NCBI GenBank assembly: GCA_963737655.1
Contig: CAVTTN010000002.1
Span: 2,816,001 to 2,880,000, forward strand
Reading direction: 5' to 3'
DNA from: an uncultured Planctomycetota bacterium
GTDB lineage: Bacteria > Planctomycetota > Planctomycetia > Isosphaerales > Isosphaeraceae
Length of the DNA: 64,000 bases
Positions 35,966 through 45,609 of this stretch are shown here, one piece after another (position 1 is the first letter of the stretch; the number at the start of each line of letters is the position of its first letter). The notes beneath the pieces are model-generated. The model worked only from the letters and a program-made list of their open reading frames with translations. It did no database searches and had not been told where the DNA came from. A program made the translations under genes and the position numbers.

Positions 35966-38428
35966 ATGTTCGGGAGACTCAGGGCCGAGGGCGGGGCAGC
36001 CAGGACGCGGTTCCGGCCATCGTGCGAGGCGGTCGAGTCGCGCCTCCTGCTTTCCACGTTCGCCGTCACCAACGCGAACAGCTCCGGTGACGGCTCGCTC
36101 CGCCGGGCGATCGTCGAGGCCAATGCCGCGGGCGGCTCCAACACCATCGTCTTCAACATCCCCGGCACGGGCGTCCAGGTCATCCGGCCGATCACCCCCC
36201 TGCCCACGATCAAGACGCCGATCGTGATCGACGGCTTTTCGCAGCCCGGTTCGAGCCCGAACACGGCCCAGACCGGGGAGGATGCCGTCCTCGCCGTCGC
36301 CATCGACGGCTCGGGGCTGACCGATCCCACCGCGGGGATCGGGCTGGAGATCGAGGCCGATGATTCGACGGTCCGGGGGCTGGCGATCGGCGGATTCCGC
36401 GCCGCCGGAGTCGTCTTCGTGGGTTCGAATGATCATCTGGAGGGCAGTTTCGTCGGGATCGACCCGACGGGCCACGTCGCGAACCCCAACGGCCTGGGCG
36501 TGGGCGTCTTCGGCGGCAGCGGCGTGATCGGCGGGCCGGACCTGGCCGCCCGCAACGTGATTTCGGGCAATGCGGTGGGCGTGGGGATCGCGAGCCTCTC
36601 GCTCGGAGGGTCGTCCCTGCTGGCCTCGGCGCCGGGCGGCCTGATCGCGAACAATTTGATCGGTACGGACGCCTCGGGCTCGGCCAACGCCGGCAACACG
36701 GTGGCTGGAGTCGCGGTCATCGGCTCGGGCAACAGCGTGGGGGGGACGGCGGCCAACCTGCCGAACGTGATCGCCTTCAACGGCCAGGCCGGAGCCGGCG
36801 TGGTCGTCGCCGCCCTTCAGGCCGGCGGAGGCTCGCCGATCAGCCTGAGCAGCACCGGCGACCTCATCAGCGGCAATTCGATGTTCGCGAACCGGAACCT
36901 CGGGATCGGCCTGCTCAACGTCTCATCGTCGGCCGTGTTGCCCCTGCTGAGCACCTCGTCGGCCGACCTCCCGGCCGCGATCGCCGGCCTCCTGGGCAGC
37001 CTGGACCTCGGCGTCCTGCCCAACGTCCATTTTCGGACCTCGGGCGAGGGGCCGAACAACCTGCTGAACTATCCCGATCTGGCGTCCGCCTCGACCTCCG
37101 GCGGCGTGACGACGGTCCTCGGGACGGTGGACGGTGCTCCGAACACGGCGTATCGGCTCGAATTCTTCACCAGCCCGTCCCCCGATCCCACCGGTTACGG
37201 TGAGGGTCAGACGTATCTCGGCTCCGCCTCGGTCACGACCGACGCGAAGGGCTACGGGCCGATCCGCTTCACCTCGCCGATGCTCGTCCCGTCAGGGCAG
37301 GTCATCGCCTCGACGGCCATTGATCCGAATAATAACACGTCGGAATTTTCGAATGCCGTTCGGGTGACGTCCCCTGCGGACGAGCCGACGCCTGCCTCGC
37401 CGACCGCGACGGTCGTTTCCTCGCCGGGCACCGCAACGCCGTCGCCGACCCCGATCGTTCCCGAGGTGCCTCCTCATGTCGTCGGGGTCTCACGACTCGG
37501 GGGGCGCCGATCGTCGGGTTCGGTCGTCTTGACGTTCGACGCCCCGCTCGACCCGGCCCGGGCGGACGACCTCGCGAATTATGGGCTGGATCGTGCGGGT
37601 CGCGGCTCGCCCACGGCGGTTGCGATCGCCTCCGCCGTCTATGATCCTTCGAACCTGACCGTCACGCTGACCCCCAGGCATCCGCTCGCGGCGATCGGCC
37701 ATTATCAGGTGACGGTTCACGCCTCCAACCCGGGCGTGGCCGATCCGGCGGGCCACGCTCTGGACGGCAATAACGATGGCGTCCCGGGGGGCGATTTCTC
37801 GGCGTCCGTACTCAAGGCGGCACCGCCGAAGCCGCTCGAATCCGCCCCGGTCGCGGCGCCGAAGGGCCCTCACGTCCGCAAGCATTTCGTCGCCCTGATC
37901 GGACGGACGACGAACCTGGTCATCGCCAACAAGAAGAACATCGCTCACATCAGCGGTCATGGCCATCTTGCCAAGTTGGGGCAGATCACGATCAGCAGCG
38001 CGATCGACAGCGAGAGCCAGAAGCCGTTGCTGGCGACGCCCTGGCTCCTTCATGCCGACGTGGTAGTTTCCGGGCCGAAAGGGGACGTGACCGTCCGGAT
38101 CAGCCCGGGGACGCTCGGCGCGAACCCGTTCGCGCAGCCGGTCCACCTCCAGTACACGGTGCTGGGGGGCACGGGCGAGTTCCAGCACGCCGCCGGGACC
38201 GGGCTGGTGGATCTCCGGCTGTATCAGGGCATCCCTTCGACCGCGAGCAAGCTGAAGGCGATGGGCGACCAGCTCAAGACGAAGGGCGTGCCGTTCTCCC
38301 TGACGTTCCATCCCGGGAAGCTGAGCAAGTTCGGCGATTTCTCGAAAGTCTGGTACAAGGTGATCGAGACGGCGGTGAAGAAGGACAAGGCCCCCCCGAC
38401 GAAGAAGCACGCGGCCAGGAAGGGGTGA
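35966..38428 (+). CDS. Paralogous secreted beta-helix surface protein with a different C-terminal domain
   Basis: CEAVESRLLL signal; shares long motifs with the upstream gene (NDHLEGSFVG.DPTG, GPNNLLNYP). Confidence 0.88.
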   Translation: MFGRLRAEGGAARTRFRPSCEAVESRLLLSTFAVTNANSSGDGSLRRAIVEANAAGGSNTIVFNIPGTGVQVIRPITPLPTIKTPIVIDGFSQPGSSPNTAQTGEDAVLAVAIDGSGLTDPTAGIGLEIEADDSTVRGLAIGGFRAAGVVFVGSNDHLEGSFVGIDPTGHVANPNGLGVGVFGGSGVIGGPDLAARNVISGNAVGVGIASLSLGGSSLLASAPGGLIANNLIGTDASGSANAGNTVAGVAVIGSGNSVGGTAANLPNVIAFNGQAGAGVVVAALQAGGGSPISLSSTGDLISGNSMFANRNLGIGLLNVSSSAVLPLLSTSSADLPAAIAGLLGSLDLGVLPNVHFRTSGEGPNNLLNYPDLASASTSGGVTTVLGTVDGAPNTAYRLEFFTSPSPDPTGYGEGQTYLGSASVTTDAKGYGPIRFTSPMLVPSGQVIASTAIDPNNNTSEFSNAVRVTSPADEPTPASPTATVVSSPGTATPSPTPIVPEVPPHVVGVSRLGGRRSSGSVVLTFDAPLDPARADDLANYGLDRAGRGSPTAVAIASAVYDPSNLTVTLTPRHPLAAIGHYQVTVHASNPGVADPAGHALDGNNDGVPGGDFSASVLKAAPPKPLESAPVAAPKGPHVRKHFVALIGRTTNLVIANKKNIAHISGHGHLAKLGQITISSAIDSESQKPLLATPWLLHADVVVSGPKGDVTVRISPGTLGANPFAQPVHLQYTVLGGTGEFQHAAGTGLVDLRLYQGIPSTASKLKAMGDQLKTKGVPFSLTFHPGKLSKFGDFSKVWYKVIETAVKKDKAPPTKKHAARKG

Positions 38429-38668
38429 ACGCGGCCGCGCGATCGCTTCGAGTCCCAGCCGGGACTCTCGCCGTGACTGACGAAGACGAACGCATGCCCC
38501 GCGAGATTCGGGCGACTCCGCGGGTGCGACATCGCCCTTGCTCGATTCCGGGGTTCCTGGTAGAAGCCCCTCCGGACCGATCCCCTCGGGGCGAGCGTGA
38601 GCTCGTCCCGGGAGCGGCAGGGAGGCCCGGGATCGCCCCTCCCTTCAGCCCGGCCGGCGCCCGACCCG

Positions 38669-40981
38669 ATGAAACACTTCCTCCGCCTTGCGCGATTCAC
38701 CTGGCCCTATCGGGTCCGGTTCGCCCTGTCTCTGGGCTGCGCCGTGATGGTCGCGGCCCTCTGGTTCACGAACATCAGCGCGGTCTATCCGCTGCTGAAG
38801 ATCCTGTTTTATAGCCAGAACTGTCAGATCTGGTGCGCCGAGCAGATCGACGCCTACCAGCGAACGATCGAGACGAGGGAAGCCCGGCTCGACGCGATGG
38901 ACGAGGTCGAGTCGGCGGCGCCGCGAGGCGAGGCCGGCCGGTCCGAGATCCGCAGGCTCGGCGAGATCGCCGGCCGACAGATCGCCGAGGCGTCCCACGC
39001 CCTAGACGAGCGGAAGGCCAAGCAGAACGTCCTGGACGAGAAGCCCCTGGGCAAGCCCGGCCGCGAGCCCGACCCCGACGTCGCCCGCCTGACGCGAGCC
39101 AAGAACCTGGCCGAGGCCCGGCTCGACGAGCTCTCGCGATCGGCCGGCCTCCTGATCAACGCCCGGGACACCGCCGCCTTCCGCCATCGGCGCGCCTCTC
39201 TCGAACGCGACCAGGCGAACGACCATACCTGGGTCGATCGCTATCGCTGGCTGATGCCGCGGATCAATCGCTACCTGCCCGACAACGGCTTCCGCACCCT
39301 CCTGCTCCTGATCGGCCTGGTGATGACGGGCGTGGCGGTCAAGGGGCTGTTCCAGTTCATGCAGGAAGTCCTGGTCGCGGACATCACCCAGCTCAGCCTC
39401 TTCGACATCCGCAACCTGTTCTTCCGACGGACCATGGCGCTGGACCTCGCCGCGTTCTCCGACCAGGGCTCGGCCGAGCTGATGTCGCGGTTCACCAGCG
39501 ACATGGACTCGATCGCCCAGGGCTTCAACACCGTCATGAGCAAGGTCGTCCGCGAGCCCCTGCGGATCGTGACCTGCCTGGGCGGCGCGCTATGGTTCAA
39601 CTGGCGGCTGACCTGCCTGGCGCTCGTCCTGGTGCCGGTTTCGGCCTACACGACGATGAGGGCCGGCAAGATCCTCAAGAAGGCCATGCGCCGGTCCCTC
39701 GAAAGCATGTCCAACATCTACAAGATCCTCCAGGAGAGCTTCCAGGGGATCAAGGTCGTCAAGGCGTTCACGATGGAACGCTACGAGCGCCGACGCTTCT
39801 TCCTGGAGACCAAGAGCCTCTACAAGAAGAGCCTCCGGGTCGCCAAGATCGACGCGCTTTCCGACCCGGTCCTGGAGATCCTCGCGCTGACGACGGTGAC
39901 GATCGCCCTGCTCGCGGGGTCCTACCTCGTCCTGGAGAAGACGACGTTCCTCAACCTCGGCCTGTTCAAGCTCCAGCTCGCTTCCAAGCCGATGGAGATC
40001 GAGGACCTGTTGACGCTTTACGCGATGCTCGCGGGGATTTCCGACCCCATCCGCAAGCTCGCCAACGTCCACTCGAAGATCCAGAGGGCCGCCGCCGCCG
40101 CCGACCGCATCTGCGCCCTGATGGATCGATCCCCCGAGGTCAGGGACCGCCCCGGTGCGCCGAGGCTCGCCCGCCTGAAGATCCGCCCGACGGCCGTTTT
40201 CCCGCCCGCGGGGTCCGAAGCCGGCGAGCCTCCGGCGATCCGTCCGGCCCTGATCGAGTTCGACCAGGTCGGTTTCGCCTACAACGGCCGAGAGCCGGTC
40301 CTGCGAGGGCTCGACCTGTCGGTTCGCCTGGGCGAGACGGTCGCCCTCGTCGGCCCCAACGGGTGCGGCAAGAGCACCCTGATGAATCTGCTCCCGCGGT
40401 TCTGGGACGTCCAGAGCGGCGCGATCCGGATCGACGGCCACGACGTTCGCGACGTCCAGATCCGCAGTCTCCGGGGCCAAATCGCCTACGTGACCCAGGA
40501 GACGATCCTCTTCGAAGGGACGATCGCCGAGAACATCGCCTACGGGACCCGACACGCCACCCGCGAGCAGATCGAGGCCGCGGCCCGGCGGTCGTATGCC
40601 CACTCGTTCATCACCGCGCTGCCCGGAGGCTACGACAGCGTGATCGGCGAGCGCGGGATGAGCCTCTCGGGAGGCCAGAGGCAGAGGATCGCCCTGGCCC
40701 GTGCCATGCTCCGCGACCCGGCCATCCTGATCCTCGACGAGGCTACCAGTGCCGTCGATATCCAGGACGAGGCCCTGATCCGCAAGGCGATCGAGGAGTT
40801 CTCCCGGGGGCGGACCACGTTCCTGATCACCCACAGCCTCGGCTCTCTGCAATTCGCCGACCGGATCGTCCTGATGAACGCCGGCAGGGTCGAGGCCGTG
40901 GGGACCGACGCCGAATTGCGACGAACCTCGCCGCTCTACCGCAAGCTCCACGAGATCCATTTCCAGAGGGAGAGCGCCTGA
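38669..40981 (+). CDS. ABC exporter, fused TMD-NBD (MsbA-like) with a large insert in the first loop
   Basis: GPNGCGKST, LSGGQRQR, ILDEATSA; TM domain. Confidence 0.93.
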   Translation: MKHFLRLARFTWPYRVRFALSLGCAVMVAALWFTNISAVYPLLKILFYSQNCQIWCAEQIDAYQRTIETREARLDAMDEVESAAPRGEAGRSEIRRLGEIAGRQIAEASHALDERKAKQNVLDEKPLGKPGREPDPDVARLTRAKNLAEARLDELSRSAGLLINARDTAAFRHRRASLERDQANDHTWVDRYRWLMPRINRYLPDNGFRTLLLLIGLVMTGVAVKGLFQFMQEVLVADITQLSLFDIRNLFFRRTMALDLAAFSDQGSAELMSRFTSDMDSIAQGFNTVMSKVVREPLRIVTCLGGALWFNWRLTCLALVLVPVSAYTTMRAGKILKKAMRRSLESMSNIYKILQESFQGIKVVKAFTMERYERRRFFLETKSLYKKSLRVAKIDALSDPVLEILALTTVTIALLAGSYLVLEKTTFLNLGLFKLQLASKPMEIEDLLTLYAMLAGISDPIRKLANVHSKIQRAAAAADRICALMDRSPEVRDRPGAPRLARLKIRPTAVFPPAGSEAGEPPAIRPALIEFDQVGFAYNGREPVLRGLDLSVRLGETVALVGPNGCGKSTLMNLLPRFWDVQSGAIRIDGHDVRDVQIRSLRGQIAYVTQETILFEGTIAENIAYGTRHATREQIEAAARRSYAHSFITALPGGYDSVIGERGMSLSGGQRQRIALARAMLRDPAILILDEATSAVDIQDEALIRKAIEEFSRGRTTFLITHSLGSLQFADRIVLMNAGRVEAVGTDAELRRTSPLYRKLHEIHFQRESA

Positions 40982-41072
40982 ATTTCGCGGCCGGTCCACT
41001 TGTCGCCCGCATCGTCGCGCCTAGGACGTACCTAGGTCCGAGACGCGACCCGGGCGCGAGGAGGCGACAGAC

Positions 41073-42059
41073 ATGTGGACCCTAGCCAGGTGGAAGTCGG
41101 AGAGACGTGTTGATCACGTGAAGATAGGGCCCTTCAATCCTCGCTATCGGGGCCGGCCGGACCTGGACCTCAAAGCCTTGGACGAACCGGTCGGGCGTTA
41201 CGAGAGGGCGAACAACTTCCAGGACCGGATTTCCGCCCTCGGCGAGATCATCGCAAAGACGGCCGGCTACACCGCCGCAGACCACGCCCAGAACACCTAT
41301 GCGCCGGTCAATGACCTGGCGCAGGAGGCTGGGGTCGAACTCCAGCAGAAGCTCGAAGGCACGTCCATCCCGTATAACGCCATGTCGGAGGCGCTCAAGG
41401 GCAGCCCCGGTGAGCTGCCCCCGATGAAGGTCGTGCTCAAGACCTACGCGCTGTGCGTAGTCGGCGCCGAGGCGGGACCGATCCCCGATTTGGACGATTT
41501 GATCGACGAGCACGTCGAGCAGGCGAATGCCGTGTTCAATCAGAACGGGGCGTCGCTGACGATCCTCCGAGGCACGCCTCGGGCGGAGGTGATCAGTTGT
41601 ATCAAGAAGGAGGATGGAGATACGGCCGACAATTCGTTCCTCAACGCGTCCAGCCTCCCGGGCTACTTCAAGAAGGGCCTCTTCGGCGACCTCGGGCGGG
41701 CGAACCTGGCCAGGTACTTCAACGCCACCCCCGCCCTCTTCAAGAATTCGGTCGAGGTCGTCTACGTCCCCGAGTTCGACCAGGACGATGTCCAGGGCGT
41801 GACGACCCGCCCGTCCACCAAGGACGTCAAGGTCAAGCCGCAGCGTCCCTTCGTCGCGATCAACCGGACCATGAAGAGCGGGACGACCTACCCCTCGACC
41901 CTCGTCCACGAGCTCGTCCATGCGCTGATCGACAATGGCGACCATTCCTCGGACGAGGACAACCTGATGGCCGAGGGTTCGAAGCGGAACGGGAAGAATG
42001 CCCTCACGTTTGGACAGATCTGCGCCTTGAGGAGCAATCCCACGGCCTCGGCCGATTGA
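41073..42059 (+). CDS. Hypothetical zinc metalloprotease (metzincin-like)
   Basis: STLVHELVHALIDNGDHSSDEDNLM: HExxH, a third His and a Met-turn-like NLM; GAGGAG RBS upstream. Confidence 0.75.
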   Translation: MWTLARWKSERRVDHVKIGPFNPRYRGRPDLDLKALDEPVGRYERANNFQDRISALGEIIAKTAGYTAADHAQNTYAPVNDLAQEAGVELQQKLEGTSIPYNAMSEALKGSPGELPPMKVVLKTYALCVVGAEAGPIPDLDDLIDEHVEQANAVFNQNGASLTILRGTPRAEVISCIKKEDGDTADNSFLNASSLPGYFKKGLFGDLGRANLARYFNATPALFKNSVEVVYVPEFDQDDVQGVTTRPSTKDVKVKPQRPFVAINRTMKSGTTYPSTLVHELVHALIDNGDHSSDEDNLMAEGSKRNGKNALTFGQICALRSNPTASAD

Positions 42060-42078
42060 TCGGCGCCCGCCCTCCGGA

Positions 42079-43560
42079 TCAGGCCACCCCTTCGAGGATC
42101 TTCTTGACGATGTTCGTGGTGCTCAGGCCGTCGAGCCTCGGGCAGATGGCCACGCGACCGCCGTACGACTCGACGAAGTCGCGGCCCACGACCGTCTCGG
42201 GCGTGTAGTCGCCGCCCTTGACCAGCACGTCGGGCTTCAGCGCCTCGATCAGGGCCATCGGCGTGTCGTCGTCGAAAAGGACGACCAGATCGATGAACGG
42301 GTAGAGCGAGAGCATGTACGACCGTTCGTCCTCGGGGACGAGCGGCCGGTTCGGGCCCTTCCCTCGGCTCACGGAGGCGTCGGTGTTCAGGCCGAGGACG
42401 AGGAAATCCCCCTGCGATCGGGCGTACTGGAGCAGGTAGGCGTGGCCGTAGTGGAGGATGTCGAAGCATCCATTGGTGAAGACGACCTTGCCCCCCTCGC
42501 GGCGGACGTCCTCGGCCCTCTCGATGGCCCGAGGGAGGTCCACGACCTTGTTCGACCGGCCGGAGGAGGCGGCGACCTCGTCGCGGAGGTGCCCGATCGA
42601 GATCGTCCCCACGCCGTACTGGCGGACGACCGCTCGCCCGGCGAGGTTCGCCAGCGCGCACGACGCCTCCAGGTCCAGGCCGGAGGCCAGGGCGATGGCC
42701 AGGGTGGCCGCCACGGCGTCGCCGGCCCCGGTCACGTCGTAGACCTGCACGGGAATCGTCGGGATGTGGGCGTGGTCCAGCCCTTCGGCGGTCTGGCGGA
42801 ACAGGGAGATCCCCTTGGCGTCGCGGGTGATCGCCAGGGCGGCCCCCCGGGTCTGTTCGATCAGCCGGGCCGCCGCGTCGGCGAGCGAAGCGTCGTCGGT
42901 GATCGGCCTCTCCGCGGCGACCTCGGCCTCCTTCACGTTGGGGGTCAGGACGGTCACCCCGGCATATCGCGAATAATCCCGGCCGTTGGGATCGACGACG
43001 ACCGGGATGCCTCGCCGCCTCGCCCCGGCCAGGGCGGCCTCGATCACCTCGGGGGCGAGGACCCCCTTGCCGTAATCTTCCAGGATCACGGCATCGGCGG
43101 TGCTCGCGGCGGAGAACGCGGCCTCGGCCAGGAGCTTCAGGGCCGTCGGATGAGGCCGACCCCGGTCTTCGCGATCCACACGCAACAACTGCTGATTCTG
43201 GGCGATGAACCGGGTCTTGACCGTCGTCCGTCGGGTCGGGTCGGCGACGAAATGAGGCGAGATCGCCTGGGACCGGGCGACCAGGTCGCGGAAGTCGGCG
43301 GCGTCGGCGTCGTCCCCGACCAGGCCGACCAGGGCGACCCGGGAACCCAGGCCCACGACCTTGTGGGCCACGTTCGCCGCCCCGCCGAGCATGCTCGCCT
43401 CGTCCTGGACTTCCAGGACCTGGATGGGCGCCTCGGGGCTGAGCCGGCCCGCCCGGCCTCGTTCATAGCGGTCGAGCATCACGTCGCCGATCACGGCCAC
43501 GGTCACGGCGCGGAGCCGGGGGATCAGTGCCTCGAGTCCAGGAGGAGCGATGGCGGACAC
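42079..43560 (-). CDS. hldE: Bifunctional heptose-7-phosphate kinase / heptose-1-phosphate adenylyltransferase
   Basis: GDVMLDRY, RLSPEAP, DYGKG, DVTGAGD, FTNGCFDILHYGH, KGGDY. Confidence 0.95.
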   Translation of the reverse strand: MSAIAPPGLEALIPRLRAVTVAVIGDVMLDRYERGRAGRLSPEAPIQVLEVQDEASMLGGAANVAHKVVGLGSRVALVGLVGDDADAADFRDLVARSQAISPHFVADPTRRTTVKTRFIAQNQQLLRVDREDRGRPHPTALKLLAEAAFSAASTADAVILEDYGKGVLAPEVIEAALAGARRRGIPVVVDPNGRDYSRYAGVTVLTPNVKEAEVAAERPITDDASLADAAARLIEQTRGAALAITRDAKGISLFRQTAEGLDHAHIPTIPVQVYDVTGAGDAVAATLAIALASGLDLEASCALANLAGRAVVRQYGVGTISIGHLRDEVAASSGRSNKVVDLPRAIERAEDVRREGGKVVFTNGCFDILHYGHAYLLQYARSQGDFLVLGLNTDASVSRGKGPNRPLVPEDERSYMLSLYPFIDLVVLFDDDTPMALIEALKPDVLVKGGDYTPETVVGRDFVESYGGRVAICPRLDGLSTTNIVKKILEGVA

Positions 43561-43562
43561 GG

Positions 43563-44510
43563 TCAGGCCCTCCCCTCGGCCTTCAGGAACCGGGCGATCC
43601 CCTCTTCCAGGGTCGCGAACGGGGCCGAGTAGCCGAGCCCTCGGAGCCGGCCGATGTTCGACCGGGTAAAGCTCTGGTACTTGCCCCGGAGGTTCTCCGG
43701 GAACGGGACGTATTCGAGGGTGCCCTTGCCGAGCTGGGCGATCAGGGTCCGGGCGATGTCGTTGAACGACCGATCGATCCCGGTCCCCACGTTGACGATC
43801 GCCACCTTCGGCGGGCCCGAGGCGAAGAATCGATTGACCGCCACGATGTCCCCCACGAAGACGAAATCCCGCCTCTGCTCGCCGGGTCCATAGCCGTCGG
43901 TCCCCTCGAACAGGCGGGCCTTGCCGGTCGAGAGGATCTGGTTGGTGAGCTGGTGGACCATCGACGACATCTTCCCCTTATACGTCTCGTTCGGCCCGTA
44001 GACGTTGAAGTATCTCAGGCCCGCGACCGTACTCTTCAGCGAATCCCCGAGGCGGCGGACGTAGCGGTCAAACTGGAGCTTCGAATACGCGTAGACATTC
44101 AAGGGGGCCTCGCACCGAGGCTCCTCCACGCACTCGGTCGTGGCCCCGTAGACCGAGCCGCTGGACGCATAGACGAACGGCGATCCGTTCCCCAGGCTCC
44201 AGTGGAGCAGCTCCTTGGAGAACGTGTAATTGTTGTCCATCATGAACCGGCCGTCGGCCTCGGTCGTATCGGCGCAGGCCCCCTGGTGATACACGGCCGA
44301 GGGGATCGGCAGGCCGGCTCCCCCGCGTTGGAGCCGTTCGCGGAAGTCGCGGCTATCCAGGAAGTCGGCGATGGAGGAGTCGCGGAGGTTGAGGAACTTG
44401 TCTCCCAGGGTCAGGTCGTCGACGGCCAGGATGTCGTCGATCCCGTCCTCGTTGAGCCGGCGGACCAGGTTGCTGCCGATGAATCCGGCGGCCCCGGTGA
44501 CGATGTGCAT
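43563..44510 (-). CDS. hldD: ADP-L-glycero-D-manno-heptose 6-epimerase
   Basis: VTGAAGFIGSN, HQGACADTTE, PLNVYAYSK, KYQSFT. Confidence 0.95.
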   Translation of the reverse strand: MHIVTGAAGFIGSNLVRRLNEDGIDDILAVDDLTLGDKFLNLRDSSIADFLDSRDFRERLQRGGAGLPIPSAVYHQGACADTTEADGRFMMDNNYTFSKELLHWSLGNGSPFVYASSGSVYGATTECVEEPRCEAPLNVYAYSKLQFDRYVRRLGDSLKSTVAGLRYFNVYGPNETYKGKMSSMVHQLTNQILSTGKARLFEGTDGYGPGEQRRDFVFVGDIVAVNRFFASGPPKVAIVNVGTGIDRSFNDIARTLIAQLGKGTLEYVPFPENLRGKYQSFTRSNIGRLRGLGYSAPFATLEEGIARFLKAEGRA

Positions 44511-44553
44511 CGAAGCGCTCCTCTGGGCGGATCGGGGCGTCTGGGGCGAGTGT

Positions 44554-45609
44554 TCAGGCGATCGCGACCGGAGGGAGCCAGCCGGCGACGGCGGTCGCCA
44601 GGGTCTCCACGTCGATCGATTGCATGCAGTGGGGGCGGACCTCGCAGTCCTTCAGGTAACAGCAACGGCATCCCAGGGGGGTCACCACCTTCTCGCCCTT
44701 CCCGTAGGTCTCGATCTCGTCGGCTGAGGTCGGGCCATAGAAGGAAATCGTCGGCCGATCCACGGCCACGGCCAGGTGGAGGGCCAGCGAGTCGCTCGTG
44801 ACCAGGAGCGAGCACCGCTCGATCAGGGCGGCGAATTCCAGGATCGAGAGTCCCGAAGGTCCGGCCACGATCGCCCCGGGGCGATCGGCCTCGGTCACGA
44901 TCGAGGAATTCCGGTCCGCCTCGGCCTCCCCGCCCAGGATCACCACCCGGACCCCGCGTTCGTCGTGGAGACGCCGGGCCAGCAGTGCCGTCTGATCCTG
45001 CCCCCAGCTCTTGAACCGCCACCGGCCGCCGGCCCCGGTATTCATCCCCACCAGGGGCGTTTCGGCATCCCAACCCCGGCTCGCCGCCCAGGACGACGCG
45101 ACCTCTCGGTGAGCCTCGCCGACCGGAAGGCTCGTCCGACCGACCGGCCCAGGCAGGCCCAGGCACTGATAGAGCAAGGCCGCGACGGTCTTCGTGTTGA
45201 CTTTTTTCAGGGCGTTGGCCGCCTCAAGGCCCCCGCGAGATGCCGGGCGGAGGATCCCCATCCCGAACCAGGGTTCCACATCCTCGGTGTACAGACGATT
45301 GCCATCCGGGCCGAGGAATCCGCCGCTGATCTTCGGAGACTCCAGGGAGCTCGCCAGCTCGCACTCGTCCCGCCCGTCGTCCAGAGAGATCACCCAGTCA
45401 TACGCCCGGGAGCGCCATGGGGCGTCGGCCGGGTCGTCCAGGCGGACGGCTTCGGCCACTCCGCGAAGGCCGTGGACCAGCTCCAGGGCGCCCGGGGCGG
45501 TGATCCAGGTCAATTCCATCTCCGGATCGAGCCGGAAAAGGCCGGGCAGGATCGCCGTGGTTCGGACCACGTCCCCCAGGGCACCGGTCTTGATCAGGGC
45601 GACTCTCAT
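44554..45609 (-). CDS. GT9 heptosyltransferase
   Basis: GALGDVVRT, NTGAG..W..KSW, VTSDSLALHLA, FYGPT. Confidence 0.9.
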   Translation of the reverse strand: MRVALIKTGALGDVVRTTAILPGLFRLDPEMELTWITAPGALELVHGLRGVAEAVRLDDPADAPWRSRAYDWVISLDDGRDECELASSLESPKISGGFLGPDGNRLYTEDVEPWFGMGILRPASRGGLEAANALKKVNTKTVAALLYQCLGLPGPVGRTSLPVGEAHREVASSWAASRGWDAETPLVGMNTGAGGRWRFKSWGQDQTALLARRLHDERGVRVVILGGEAEADRNSSIVTEADRPGAIVAGPSGLSILEFAALIERCSLLVTSDSLALHLAVAVDRPTISFYGPTSADEIETYGKGEKVVTPLGCRCCYLKDCEVRPHCMQSIDVETLATAVAGWLPPVAIA

